A DNA stretch of 64,000 bases from contig JAAOMT010000011.1 of assembly GCA_016748015.1 (NCBI GenBank), forward strand, positions 1 through 64,000. The letters run 5' to 3'. Shown here piece after piece: positions 14,333 through 27,431 of this stretch; positions within the stretch are counted from its first letter, which is position 1; each line of letters opens with the position of its first letter. Both the position numbers and the translations under genes were made by a program. The notes below the pieces were generated by a model. It worked only from the letters and a program-made list of their open reading frames with translations. It was not told the DNA's origin and did not search any database. The DNA is from Geosiphon pyriformis uo1 (lineage: Eukaryota > Fungi > Glomeromycota).

Positions 14333-17300
14333 ATGATTTTGTTTGGAGAGTTGCTACTTGTAACATTAAGGGAATAAACAATTCTGCAAAACAGGAAGAT
14401 ATTGTTTGTTGGCATAAAAATATGAACAATTTGATTTCTATTGTTACTGAAACTAAGTTAAAAGACAAGATCTGTCCTTGGATCATAAATAAGTTTAGTG
14501 GTGTTTGGGTCTTCACTTCTGGGTTGGATTCTGGTCATATGGGCTCTGGTGTTGTGATTATTATAAACATTTCTCTGGTGCAACATGTGTGCAAAGTTTC
14601 TGAGGTGCCTGGTCGGCTTCTGTCTGTTAAGCTGCTCTTCAAGAATAAACTTTCCATGTCAATTTTGGGGCTATATGCTGGTGCTTTTTCAGTGGTTCAG
14701 TTCTCTTAGGCTGGTAAAATCAACTCGTTCATTGCTAAAACCATAAATGAAGTGTCTTTTGTTGTTCTTAGTGGAGATTTCAATAAAGACAGTGTGCATA
14801 AATGTGCTAGTTTTAAAAAGTGTCTTGATCTGGGGCTGGTCAATTCTCTGCTTGGTAGTCCAGTAGTGAAGGTTCTTACATAGAAAAATTCAAGAGGTGT
14901 GAAAAAGACAATTGATTACATATTGGTTTCTTCTAATTTGGTCAATACAGTTTTAGAATGCAGTATTGTGGATGTTAGTGAGTACTTTGACACTGATCAC
15001 CAAGCCATTTTTGTAATAGTAGGTCTGAGTGGTTTGTTGGATGTGCAGTTAAACTCTCTTCATAAGCAGGTTAATAAAAATTGTTGGAAGTTTGATTTCA
15101 AAGGTGCTGATAATAATAAGTAAGATAAATTTGAGAATGCCACGCTGGTCAATGCTGGAATGTTCTCTGATGAATTTGCTGTCACTGTCAAGTTCTCAGA
15201 TCTGGATGCTATGTGAGATGTTTTATGCAAAATAATGACTTTTTCGGCAAATGAGATATTTAGAAAAAAATGGTTCAAGGATTTTGATAGTTTTTACTAA
15301 AGTTTTTTTGAAGTTTCATAAGTTAAAGCTTTTGGTTTTGAAAATTATCAAGGTCTTTCGTGAAGGAAATGTCATTAGTTTTGTCTTTTTTATAGAGCAC
15401 TGAGACTCTATAGACAGTATCAAAGCCTTAGTTGTTCAGGATCTCATTGACTCTGATGCAGCTTCTAATTGTGTTCACTCTGCTCTCTCTGGTATTAGGA
15501 AGTCTTATTATGCATCCAAGCTTGCTGAATCTCTGGTAGCTAAGAAAGCAAACATTAGAGCTGCTATAGATAAAAGGATAGAAAGCTTTGAAATAAATAA
15601 GGGTCATACTATCAAAAATGTTCTGGAGTATTCTTTCCGCACAGTGGTTTTGGACCATCTGGTTGTTGATAATGAGCTTATTTTAGAGCCCAATTCAGTT
15701 AGATCTAAGGTGGATGTTATTATGGAAGGTTGGACCAGGAAGCGTGATGTAATTGCTAATGTCTCTAATGTTTGGTTTCGCCAATATTGGCTGTTAGATT
15801 ATGTTTTTGATAAAGCCTTTTCTGGTATAATGCATTCAGTTGAGCTTAGTAAGCTGCTTGATGTGATTTTTGATCTGTCTGATGGTAAAGCTGCTGGTTT
15901 TTTGGATATCACAAATAAGCTTTGGAAACATTGTGACAAATCAATTTTGGATATACTTTTAGTGTTTTTGAACTTTTGTTTATCTTGCAAATTAGTGCCT
16001 GGATCTTGGATAGAAGCTTGAGTCTCAATGATTCTTAAACCATATGAGTGAAAGGGTGTTCTCATGAATATCTGCTTTATAGCTTTGATCAAAACAGCTC
16101 ATAAGATTCTTTCCAAAATTCTTTCTAATAAGATTTCTTTGGCATACAGCATTTTCAATGTTCTTTATAGGGACAATTTTTCAGTTTTAAAGGGTATGAC
16201 AACTCAGTCTCCTATTTTTGCAGTTAGATCAGTGGTTAAAGATACATTAGAAAAGAATCAAAAACTCTGGCTGGTTTTGCAGAATATGTGGAAAGCATAC
16301 AATTTAGTTGGCTGAGAACATCTTGAGAAAAGTTTGGTCAGAATCAAGATGTACAACAGATTTATTCGGTTTTTTGGTAGTATTCATAAAAATTGTACCA
16401 ACAGGGTGATGACAGACTTTGAGTTGATGGATGGTTATTGTGTGCATGATAGTTTGGACCAAGGAGAAGTTTTTTCTCCTCTACTGTGTAAAGTCAAAAG
16501 ACAGGAAAGCATGTGTGGTTATAGATTAAGTTCTCATTTTATTTCAAAAAATGGGTGTGCTGAATCTCAGGCTAGACTTTCTTCTTTTTTTGTAGCTGGT
16601 GTTTTTGTTGATGATACAATTTGGGTTGGTAGTAGTTGGGCAGCTACTCAACATATTCTCGACGTAGCTAGTGAATTTTTTCAGATAAATGATATTTCTA
16701 TCAATAATAACAAAACAGTGGCCATTCTCATCAATAGCAAAATCAGCAATTCTTCTCTTTCTATCAATGGCTCACCAATCTTTATTGCCAAAAAGGGTGA
16801 ATCTCATCAATATTTGGATATCTTTCCCTTAACTGAGGGCCTATTAAAGCCTAGTTTGGTGAAGGCAAATTTGGATGTTTATTTTTTTACCAATCTGGTC
16901 CTGAAAAAGGCTGTCTCAGATAAGCAGTTCTTTATCTTATAGTTAGTTATAAAATGCAGTTTAGCATCATTTCTATTGGTATGTATAACAAGTGGAATGC
17001 TTTGATTCATAAAAACTTAAAGCTTAAGTCTGGCCTACATTTTGATTTTCCTAGTAATATGATTTATTACCTCTTCTTTTATGGTTTGAAGTCTTTCTTT
17101 CAAGTTCAGTCTGAGAACAAGATGGCCTCTCTTGTTAGTTTTGTAAACTTTGGTGGTATCTTGGATTGTTTGTTCTTTCACAGATCCCATGACTTGCAAG
17201 TTTTGTGCTGGCACTTTGTTTATCCATTGAGTTTTTCTGTTCATATTTGTGTCAGTGCTTCTAATAACTTTTTGGTGGGCATGGTTTATGTTGTTACTGG

Positions 17301-19958
17301 AGGTTTTTGGTCTCTTTTTTTCAATGTTGTTAATGTCTATTTGCTGTGAATTCACGTTTTTTGGATGTGGTTGAACCTCCAGTAACTGAATTTATCTTCA
17401 AATTATCTTTTATAATTTGAACTACTGGGCTTATAAGTGGAATGACCAATTCCATGCCAGTTACTTTGTATAGTTATGTTGTAGTAAACATCAACTCTTT
17501 TCCAGGAATTGCTTGTCTAGAAGCTCACTAAAATGTGTAGTTACTTTGCTGTGAAAGTCAACTCTTCTACAGGAATTCTCGTCTGTAGACTACCCAAATA
17601 ATTTATAATAAAAAAAGAAAGAAAATAAGAGAAATGTAAAAGAAAAAAATAAAACTAATAATTTATGAAAGTTGTTTCGGATCCAGGCCTGAAAGTGTTT
17701 TAACAGTCTACTGAAATTAGTAGCTAATCAATTTCAAAACTGTTAGTAGGAATTGGTTAATTTCAAGGGAAATAATTTAAGAATTTGGCTTTTCGAATTT
17801 ATTTGATATTTATTTTGTTTTTTTGTGTGTAAAGAATGATTCTAATTATTAAATCTGAAGTAAGATACATTTCCTCAAAGAGAGAAGCTCTTCTTTTATA
17901 CAACTTGTCATAACACTATTTTATGAACTTGAACTTTGCTATTTTCTATAATTTCACTGAACTAAAGATACATTTCAGCAAACTACAAGTTATTTCTACA
18001 AACTATTAGATATTTCGGCAAACTATCAATTATTTTGGCAAATTTCTTACAAATTTCGGCAAACTTTTTGAATGTTACATAGTTCAGGGTATTGCATGAT
18101 TGATTATTACAATTAGATTACATTTGTGTTATGTACAAATTGGATTATTAATTAAATGATAATTTCGGATATTTTGCTAATGTAGTAAGTGATAATTTTA
18201 ATAATAATATATGCTAATTAATGATAAGATTTATAAGGGTAATTTCATGCTAAACAATATCTTTAATTTTGTCTGGTAACAATGTTTTTCTTGATTGCAA
18301 TTTGTCTCTGGGTGGCTCTTTGGCCAATCTCTTTTGGTTTTGTGGTGAAGTCTTTATGTCTACTGTTCTGGGTGAGTTATAATTTCTCAGGTTTTTTTCT
18401 TCTCTTTGGTGGTATGGTATTGTCTTTGTGGATCAACTTGTGATCATCATGGTTCTGTCTTTGATTGGCACACCTTCAAGTATTGAAAGAAGTTGAACTT
18501 CTGTGGCCTTGTTCTTGAGTAGTTTAGGCTTTTTGTTGCATTTCTTAATAGTGGAAGTTCTTCTCTTATTCATCCTTTGTCTTTGGATGGTGTTAATTCT
18601 TTGAACATTTTCGAATCTCATGATTTTGTTTTTGTCTATGAATGTCTCTCACAAGTTGGTACTAACAGTTTGTTGGTGTATACAGATAGGTCTCTTAGTA
18701 GTCTGAACACAGCTGGCTGTAGAGCTGGTGCTGCTGCTTTTTTCAAAGACATTAATTTGGGTTTAGGTATTGGTGTGTCGGGTTTGATGTTGTCTACTTT
18801 GGTGGAGTTGCAGACTATTGTACTGGCTCTGGAGTGTGTCTTTTCAATGAGCTCTGTTAAATTGTTTTCAGATAGCCAATCTGCTCTGGATGCCTGTAGG
18901 TCAGAATTGGGTCTGGCATGTTTCAACTTTCATAATCAGTGTTAGGTAGAGCATTATCATATTGTCAATGTTATTCACAATAAGAATTTGAAGGTCAGCT
19001 GGCATAAGGTTAAAGGTTACTCTGGTTTTTTAGGGAATAAGTGCACTGATGCAATTGCTGGTAATGCTTCTCTCTTTAGTTGGCATCTTCCTTCTCACTT
19101 GGGTAAATGCTTTATAATGGCTGATGGTAGTGTTGTTTCAGGCAATTCTAGACATTTTGTCCATGATATTTATTGTTCAGTTTGTCATGCATGCTGTGAA
19201 GTTGGTTTTGGTTCCAGGTTTTTGGTAGACAGTTTGCTTTCTGAGGTTGATTGGCTCTATTCATCTTTGGTTTGGCACCCTGACTTGCACATGGCCACTG
19301 GTTTTACCAGCAAATTCTCGGCTAATGCACATACTTATTTCATGAAAGCTCTACACTACCAGCTGCCAGTTGCTGTTTAAAAGTGCCTTTATAATAGACT
19401 TTATCCAAGTGTTTTGTGCTTATATTGTGGTGATGTGGAGACATCAAATCATGTGTTCTCTTATAAGATTGATGATTCTGCTTGATGTCAGTTATTGGAA
19501 TCTTATGTGGACTCTTAGAAGACAATATCTGGTCTTTTTCATTCTTCTTTAAGCATATTACAACTGTTATCATTCTGTGTTTCTGACTCCTCTTTGTCTA
19601 TGACTCTTTATAAGAGTTTTGTTTTTGGTGGTTGGTTTTATGAGGCAGTCACCATCTTCAAGATTCCAAGATTGCTTGTTTGGAGATTGTCAAATTTGTG
19701 TACTCTTTTAGTTTTGCTTTTAGGAGTGATGTTTGGTTAGTTCGTGCTAAACATCATGCTTATATGGAGAAAAAAGGGTTGATTCTCTTTGATGGCTCGG
19801 TTCTCTTTTTGGTTTCTGGTTTGGCCTTAGGATTGTTGGCTGAAGTGGTCAAGTTGCTTGGCATTGCCAATGCTTTTGGTGTTTGTTTTGGCTTTCACAA
19901 ATCTTGTTTATTTTTTTCAGACATAGATAACTTAGTTTCAGTTCATATAGCTGCATAG
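14329..19958 (+). pseudogene. LINE1 ORF2 (APE endonuclease-RT-RNase H-zinc motif), disrupted
   Basis: Fragments 14422-14709, 14899-15123, 15644-16021, 16334-16942, 18577-18945, 18988-19380, 19680-19958; likely start ATA (ex-ATG) at 14329 overlaps the ORF1 stop. Confidence 0.9.
17292..18281 (-). repeat. Family A solo LTR with 4-bp TSD ATGT
   Basis: TGTTAC...GTAACA; ATGT at 17288-17291 and 18282-18285; LINE ORF2 resumes across it. Confidence 0.95.
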
Positions 19959-20099
19959 TGTTGTTCTGATTGGCCCAAGTGACTGGTCATATGTGGAAAA
20001 TACATAATTCATGCCTAGTATAAATTATTTCTTTGATATATAGCACTAGGTAGTGCTTGGACTTTACTCGTAAGCTAATAAAAAAAAAAAAACTTTAAA

Positions 20100-20640
20100 A
20101 AATTACTATCAGATATAAAAATAGGTTAAAAAAATTGTTTCTTGATTAATTTGGCTTTTTTAACTATTTAAATAACAATAAAAAAACAAAAGAAAAAAAT
20201 AATTTAATTATTAAATTTTTTATTAATTTAATATTTTTATTTTAATTTAACTTTAATTAAATATTTTTGGTATTTTTTTTATAAATATTATAATATAAAC
20301 TATTTTAAAAATATTAACAAATATTTATAATTTAAATATAAAATATTATAATTTATAAAATTTAGCACAATTTTTATAATTATAATAATATTTTTTATAA
20401 TTAATGTTTTAGTTTTCTATTGTAAATATACAATATAATATTATTAAGTAATTTTGAATGTTTTCTAAATAAGTATAATTAATTTTTAATATTAAATTAT
20501 TGTAATTTTAATATTAAAAAGTTTTTTATTAATACAAGTGTTTTTAAAAATATATTCTGTTTTAATTTTAAAATGGTTTAAATTTAATAAAATCTTTTTT
20601 AAGAACTATAAATAAAACAACTATAATTACAGCTAAAAAG
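20100..20640. other. Extremely AT-rich low-complexity border zone
   Basis: Almost devoid of G/C, between the LINE1 tail and the host island. Confidence 0.8.
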
Positions 20641-21254
20641 TTTTGTACCATTGGCTAGTGGAGTCGGCTGCGTCCTCCGATTTTTTATTTGACGACCAAA
20701 AAAAATTTTTTGCGAATGTCTGAGTTCGTGGCCAAAACTACAATAGATCAGTACTTTCAACAATAAAAGCTTTTACTTTTCTCGATGTAATTCTCTAATG
20801 CACAATTTGAACGGTCAAACGAGAAGGCAACAGGATGTCTTCAGACAGCGCTACAACCAACATTCACCAACATTTATGGAAGATAAGTTGTTTTTTGCTC
20901 GCCACAATAGATCGACAGTATTGAAGACATCCTAAGCTGGTACGCGGTACCTGCCACCGATGTTTGGAGCGCGAGAACGCAGAACTAGAGTGCAACTTGC
21001 CGCTGGTAGCTTATAGTATCTACGTCCTGCTGTCTCCCTTTCAGAATACTAGCTTTGCAAATAAATCGTTTTCCGTGTTAAGTTTATATGCAAAACAAAG
21101 CATACTCTTCATTATTTATCTCAAAATGAGCAACCTCCTACGTTATCAATTTTGCACCGAATTTTGCTTATTTTCGAGACTTTAAAAAATTACACAGTAG
21201 AAGGTATTGAATCCAATATAATGTTATATTCCTCCCAAAAAAATTGTACTAGCA

Positions 21255-22394
21255 ATGACAAAAACACAAATCTAAAACCACAGTTCCCACTCGTTCCATT
21301 AAGATGCAACGGAATTATCTACATTTCCTTAGAGCCTTCACCGTCTACGGGTGAAGATGTCTCTGCATTAGAACACAAAGTATGAACTGACTATTCCAAT
21401 CCAATCAATGTCAACAATAGTGCTCTTCAAAAATCAATATAGACAATTTGTCGCCGCAATCACCCCTATCCTCACCCCAATACGCGTACACAGTCAATCC
21501 ACCACCTGTTGGAAGATCTATAAGGATATATTGTAGATGCTGCTCATTCATCGCGTGAATCTATTTCAGCCTCCGTAAGTTTTTGTTTGTGATGATCAAA
21601 CAACTCACGCTAAAAAGGGAAAGACCGTTCTCAATGAGAACGAGCGTTTTGAAGCACTCAGGCATTGTAAATGGGCGGATGAAGCCATCGCACATGCTCC
21701 ATAGGTCATTGATCAAGAATTCTTGGACCGCCACCAAGAAATTTAAAAATTTAGATGGAAATATTAAAAAAAAGTTCTCAGAAGTATGAACTATAATGAT
21801 ATCGCTTTCTGATTATTGTCTTATTTTCTACTAATTATAAAATTAGCTTTCTTCAAAATTAATAATATTCTTCTATTTTCTTTCATTTATAGATTGACTA
21901 TGTGGCTCATGATTAATATGCGAGAAGAAATTTGGAGAAAGGGTGACTGCAAAGGAGCTGAATCTTGGATTTTTTAGGGTTAATTTTGTTTACTTGAAAA
22001 TCTTCTTTGAGTGCTGTAAGGCTCAAGATCTAATATATTTTTAATCCAGGAGCAATAAATTAATGTTAAAAGATCAATTTCCGATACTCGATTCTATCCA
22101 TCAAAATTGGCAGGCACCAAAATGAGTTAAGAAAGGATCTCTTCTAATTGAAAAATAATATACGTCAGAAGAGGTCAAGAAGTTGTACTAGGTTTTCCGG
22201 GATGTTTGGTGCTGAATCTGTTGTGGTATGTTCTTATTTTTTTTAAAATATAATCGATTGGAGATGACATTATCTCAATCATGTTTTTTATTCTTCAGGA
22301 TAAACTGTTTCGCCGATGATCTCAAAGCTCATTGAGGGATATCGGGAACTTAGAAGATTCGACCATTAATAATGAGATAAATACCTCCGATTGA
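21255..22394 (+). pseudogene. PCT1: Choline-phosphate cytidylyltransferase (PCT1/PCYT1-like) pseudogene, intron-containing, with stops and internal deletions
   Basis: Manual translation: YTVNPPPVGRSIRIYC (21487-21534); [50 protein letters not shown] (21585-21737); IDYVAHD* (21893-21916); YARRNLEKG/VTAKELN; MFGAESVV. Start and end approximate. Confidence 0.85.
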
Positions 22395-22895
22395 TCGAGT
22401 CTATCGGTTGGAAAGCCTCGAGGTTTTGTGAAGAGGGTCCTTTTGAAAGAAAAATAGGTTAATAAGGTGTTTTTGAGATCTGTACTAAGTTCGAGATTGG
22501 AATATGATTGCCAAACCTACAAATTACACAAATGTTTATTAATTCACTGCTTTTGTTTTATCATATACCGTTAGGTGTATTATTTAAATCCTAGGTGTTA
22601 ATTGGGATATTTTTTGAAGCTTTCTAAAGAAATCAAATGAACTATCTTTTTACATTTGTTGGGAAGTTTCAAATGTGGTAGGACAAATTTCTTATTCAGC
22701 ATACAAATATCTTTCATTTGGCAGTTGTCAAAGTTTTTTAGTAATTGTCATGGCAGACTTCTTTAATATCTTGTTTATTGTATTTCATTTTAAGAAAATC
22801 TTGGTGTGAAAATATTATACAATGCTATTCTATTTTACAAATTATTACAAGTTACTCAAAAAGGAGGACAGTTGAATTCGATGGAAAATATTAAA

Positions 22896-24944
22896 TTATA
22901 GTGAGAACTTGGGTTCATAAATAGGTACAACGTTACTTCCCATGTTCTTTTTTATGGGTGAAAGATTGGGAGATGTAGAGGATGCGCTCTTAGGAGAGCC
23001 TATTTGAAATTTGTGCTTTTTAAAAGAAAGGCTCAAAGAAGCTATTCAAAGAATAATTAGGTGTTAAAAGTGAATCCATGTGAAAACAACACAAGATACA
23101 GAGAAAAATAGATGAATTTACCGAGACCGTTGGCAACTTTGGAGTTTTTCTTTCGTTGCAGTTGTTTACCATTACGACTGTCCCCGTCATGTATTTTTTG
23201 TGCGTGACCCACTAGACACTCGATCATTTGATTATAAGTTTCCGAGTCCATCATAGTTTTTTCACGTTGATCAAGCCAAAACGTAAGAGCATCTGAAGTT
23301 TGTCGAGTAGAATCAAAAAGTTGCGTGACAAGAGATTTCAAATCGGAAATAGAAGAGGTTTTTAGCGTATCTATTAAGATAATTAACTTGAATTATTAAA
23401 AACATAGAATTGTAATCAAAAGATTTGTATATAATAACAGAAAAGCAAACCTTGGGATATAGAACATAATAATTTTACTTTATCTATATCAGATTGAGTC
23501 ATTAGCTTCGATAATGCTTCTGAACTAAAAGAAAATCCACCAGACGATTTATTATTTCTACGACTTTTTTGAGTAACGGGAAGTGACGTGGTGGACGCTG
23601 AATGAGGGCGAAAATGAGAGGCTTTGCGGGATGGCTGTGGGGATGACGATCGACTATTTGGAGTAGAAAAAGATCTTTTGCTTGATGGGGAGCGAGAACT
23701 GGAGACATTATTTCCGGTTTGTGTTAACATCCTCTATCGGTCAAAACCCAAAAAATGATTTAGGATTTTCCAATAATTATAAATTCCCCAATTTTACCCC
23801 AGCAATAAATTTCTCTTTTTTAAACACATTTTGATCAAGATTTTTATCAAACCTCATCTAAACCCTCTGCCGGAACTCCCAGAGAAACATAAAATTGTTT
23901 TCTAATGCTGGATTCCTTCCATGAAAAAGGAGCTAAATCTTGATCAGGAGCAAGATGGTGCAATATCTCGATGCTTGAATGAAAAAAATCAGCCGTTATT
24001 GGTAAAATAATCATCACTCTACAAAAGTGATTGCAATATCACAGAAAACTAAAATACCTTTCTGGGATGGATTTTAGTATTTTTTCCAAGTCAGCCCCAA
24101 TTTCTGAATCACTCCGTTTCAATACCTTTTTTTTTTTTTGTGACGCCAGACCTTTATTAACTTCCATATTAGCATTGCTTACTTTTAGATTTGTCTCATT
24201 ATCCAACTTTTGTGAAGTTGTTTGAATGTTTGATGCAGATGGAAATAATGTATCTAAAATCCCATTGAATTGGGAGATTATCGCCTCTGTACTTGAATTT
24301 GAATAATCTATAGCAGGCTGCTTTGAAAAAAATCGAAAATTAATATTTTTCTTGTTAATAATTTAATCAGATTTGAGACTTAGGAATCAGAATAATCGAT
24401 TGAGGAACCACAAATTGAACGTAGGTAAACCGTTAATGACCTACCAAATTTAATATATTATTAGGTTGGTCGACTCTACCATTTATATCTTGAATATTTA
24501 GAGGCATGGTACCGTGGTCTGATGTACTACCGCTTTCAAAGCCATTGGCGAATTGGACCAGTTCTTGGCATGAAGTATCAAGTTGAATCTTATTTTTTGC
24601 TGAAAAATCGAGTATATCTCCTTTTTCAATACTTGGCCCACTGCCAAAATCAGTAAATTCATCGAAATCACCAAATTCATCCCCATCGAACGAATTTTCT
24701 AACTGATTGGTGGTTGTAGCAAAAACAGTGAAATTATTCTCCTCACTATGATTGTGGCTATCTGTTTCCAAAGAATTTGTTTCATACAATTCAAATAAGT
24801 ATAAGAAATAGATGTGTAGATGAATGAGAATTATTGCGCTAGTAAAGTTAAGAAAATTAGATAACTCATTTTTACCGCCACCGGTTCTCAGATTTGCCAC
24901 TAAAGGACTAAAAGTAAACTACCTGTAGAGAGTTTTCCTTCCAT
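22896..24944 (-). CDS. LAA2/YBL010C (DUF5102)-like AP-1 clathrin adaptor accessory protein, 7 exons: 24923-24944, 24445-24761, 24058-24320, 23853-23973, 23451-23733, 23122-23370, 22896-23041
   Basis: GT-AG introns give one continuous frame. Acidic FGDFDEF motif (gamma-ear binding type), WKESSIRKQFYVSLGVP..LDE block and C-terminal WLDQRE..DSETYNQMIECLVGHAQK block, as in fungal DUF5102 proteins. Confidence 0.8.
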
Positions 24945-25249
24945 AGTTTTCAAGTTGTATAAGAGGAGTTGATTTGAGAGAAAATTCGTATTCTTTTAAA
25001 CATCTACCCAAAGTGTGAGTCGGTGGGAAGCGATATTTTTATTGTGAAGAATATTTAGTAAGCTTACCCAATTAAGGCCAATGGCATCTAAAATTAATGC
25101 TGTGGAATTCTGTTTTCATTAGTAATGCTTTGAATTAATGCAAGTTTTTTTGATTAACAAAGAGTTTAAGGCAAATTTAATTTAACATTTTGGTAAAAGG
25201 TCGTGTGATAAGAAAAAACAAACAGAGCGAGTTTGATTTTAATAATTAT

Positions 25250-26370
25250 ATTTGACATTATGTTTTATTTGTAATATTATAGTAATTAAGAAACTAACTA
25301 CCCAATAAGCTCTTTTAGTTGTTAAGCAACTTTTAATTGTTTTAGAAGCATCTTTTTTCTCTTTAATTAAAAGTTTTAAAAAACACACCAAAACAACTTT
25401 AGTGTTATTATAATAATTATCAAAAGTCTTAAAACTTTAAATATTAAACAAGTAGTTTTCTTTTGCTGTTACCACTTTTATTTTTTAAATAATTAAAGAC
25501 AATTAAACTTTAACAGCAAACTTCTTTGTAATTTTAAAAAAAAGTTTTTTTTTGGTATTTTTTAAACCACCAGTTCTGTGTTTTTAAAAACTTTAAACTT
25601 GTTACCAATATTAATAATAACAATTTGCTGCAATTTAGCTAAAAACAATAATGTTTTTTCTAATTTAAACAATAGTAACAACAATATATTTATTAAAATA
25701 AATACAAATAAATAAATACTTATGTTGTTTAATACAATTAGTTTTAACAAATTATTGTTTAATATTTATTAATATTTTATAAATTACATTAATTATTTAA
25801 TTAATTTAATATAATATTTAAAATTTTTTTATTAATTATTACAAATAATTTATATTAATTTACAAACATAATTAAAAATTATAATTAATTATTCAATAAG
25901 TTTTTTTTTCATTGATTTTTAAACTATTAAAAGCTAAAAATTAAAAAATATTTATTTATTTATTTAATTTTATATGTTTACTATTTTTTTTAATATCTTT
26001 TTATTTAAAAATTAATAGTAGTTAACAGTTTTATTAGAAATATATTTAAAAAAAAAACAACTTAAATATTAAAAAATTAAAAAATTTTATAAATTTTATA
26101 AATTATATGAATTAGCAAAAAAACAAAAAACAAATTAAGTTAAAATAAAAAAATTAAATAACAATTAATATTAATTTGTTTAAAAAACTAAAATTAAATC
26201 TAATTGTTTTTTATTTATATCTAACCAAATTAGTAAATTAATTTATAAAAAAAAACTTCTTTCTCTTTTACTTCCAAATAATTCTCAAAGAGTGCATTTT
26301 CTAAAAAAGAAGTTTTTTTTATTTTTTCTTTTTAAGTTTATATCAACATTTTTTTAACTAATAACCTCTT
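25250..26370. other. Extremely AT-rich border zone (includes the eroded LINE2 5' region)
   Basis: Near absence of G/C, especially 25750-26250. Confidence 0.75.
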
Positions 26371-26374
26371 TGTC

Positions 26375-27431
26375 ATGGATTTAAAAACTGCTTTTAACAG
26401 TGATATGTCTAAAAAAAAAGCACCTAAGGGTACTCTCTATGGTCCTGCTGGTGGTTTTTTCTCCCAAAAGAAAAAAGTGGTTCTTGGTAATATTAAACAT
26501 TCAAGTAATAAAAGAGACATTTTTTTAGTCAAACTTAGTTCTAGTGACATGTGCTTGAACATAGATAGTGAGTCTAGTTGTGGTGAGGACAATATAGTCA
26601 TAAAAAATGTTAACAGTGGATCTTTTTTAGACTCAGCAGCTACTACTCCTAAAGCAAAAAGAGTGAATTCTAACATGGTCTTTGGGTCCCCTCTTGGCTC
26701 CTTCAATTATGAAATAAAAGAAGAAGTAAAACTCCTTCCACTTCCTCTTGGTATTTCTTTGGAAAAAAATAGATAGATTCTAAAATTGTGAAAACTCCTG
26801 TGAAAGTTTCTGTTAGAAAGTCATTTGCTTTGAATATCAATCTTTTGGCAGTGAAAGACAAATCTGCTATAGCAAAGACTTAGTTTATTAGAAAAAATTT
26901 TTCAACAATCAATGATTTTGGGAGGGCCACTACTTCCTTAAAATTTGAAGGAATTATTCAATTAATGTTTACTTTTGAGGAGAGTTTGATTAAGGCTATA
27001 TCATTGGCCAATGAAAAGGGAATCATCATAAACAGCAATTTTAAAAAACAAGAAATTCATTCAGATCGGACTGTGGTCATCAAAGAAATTTCCATGAACA
27101 CACCAAAGGAAATGATCATTGTTGTTCTAGCTAAGTTTGGCGAAATTAAGTCAATCAAAATCCAACTTATTGGATTGTGGCAAAAAGCTGTGGTAGAATT
27201 TGCTGAAATATGTCAGGCTGTACAATTAGCTACTAAATAGTTCTTCTTGATTGGTAAAAATTCAGTGCGTGTAGTCATGACTGTAAATAATCATAAGACT
27301 TGGGCATCAAGAGATAGGTTCAGAGCATTGCTGTTTACTTTGCCAGTGGAAACAACTGCTTATAATTTGAGCACTCTTTTGGATGGGGCTGGTGGAAAAA
27401 CCTGTATCATTAATCGCTTGATGGATTCTGG
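26375..27431 (+). mobile_element. LINE2 5' portion (ORF1 with RRM-like domain), interrupted by family A element A3/A5
   Basis: MDLKTAFNSDMSKKKAPKG..., RTVVIKEISMNTPKEMI..LAKFGEIKSIKIQL..AVVEF; ends abruptly at the LTR at 27432 after CTGG. Confidence 0.8.

Larger units (their letters stand above)
13721..20092 (+). mobile_element. LINE1: non-LTR retrotransposon (L1-like, with RNase H), 3' portion, degenerate; contains a solo LTR
   Basis: ORF1 C-terminus, then APE (VATCNIKGIN, TETKL, TIDYILVS, DTDH), RT (FVDD), RNase H (VYTD..ELQ..FSDSQSAL..KVKGYSG), Cys/His motif CLYCGDVETSNH, poly(A) 20080-20092. Confidence 0.92.

Noticed and set aside
20964-21789. ORF-track calls 20964-21185, 21152-21385 and 21583-21789 as genes
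   Set aside because: Short, non-ATG and largely out of frame with the recognisable PCT1 blocks
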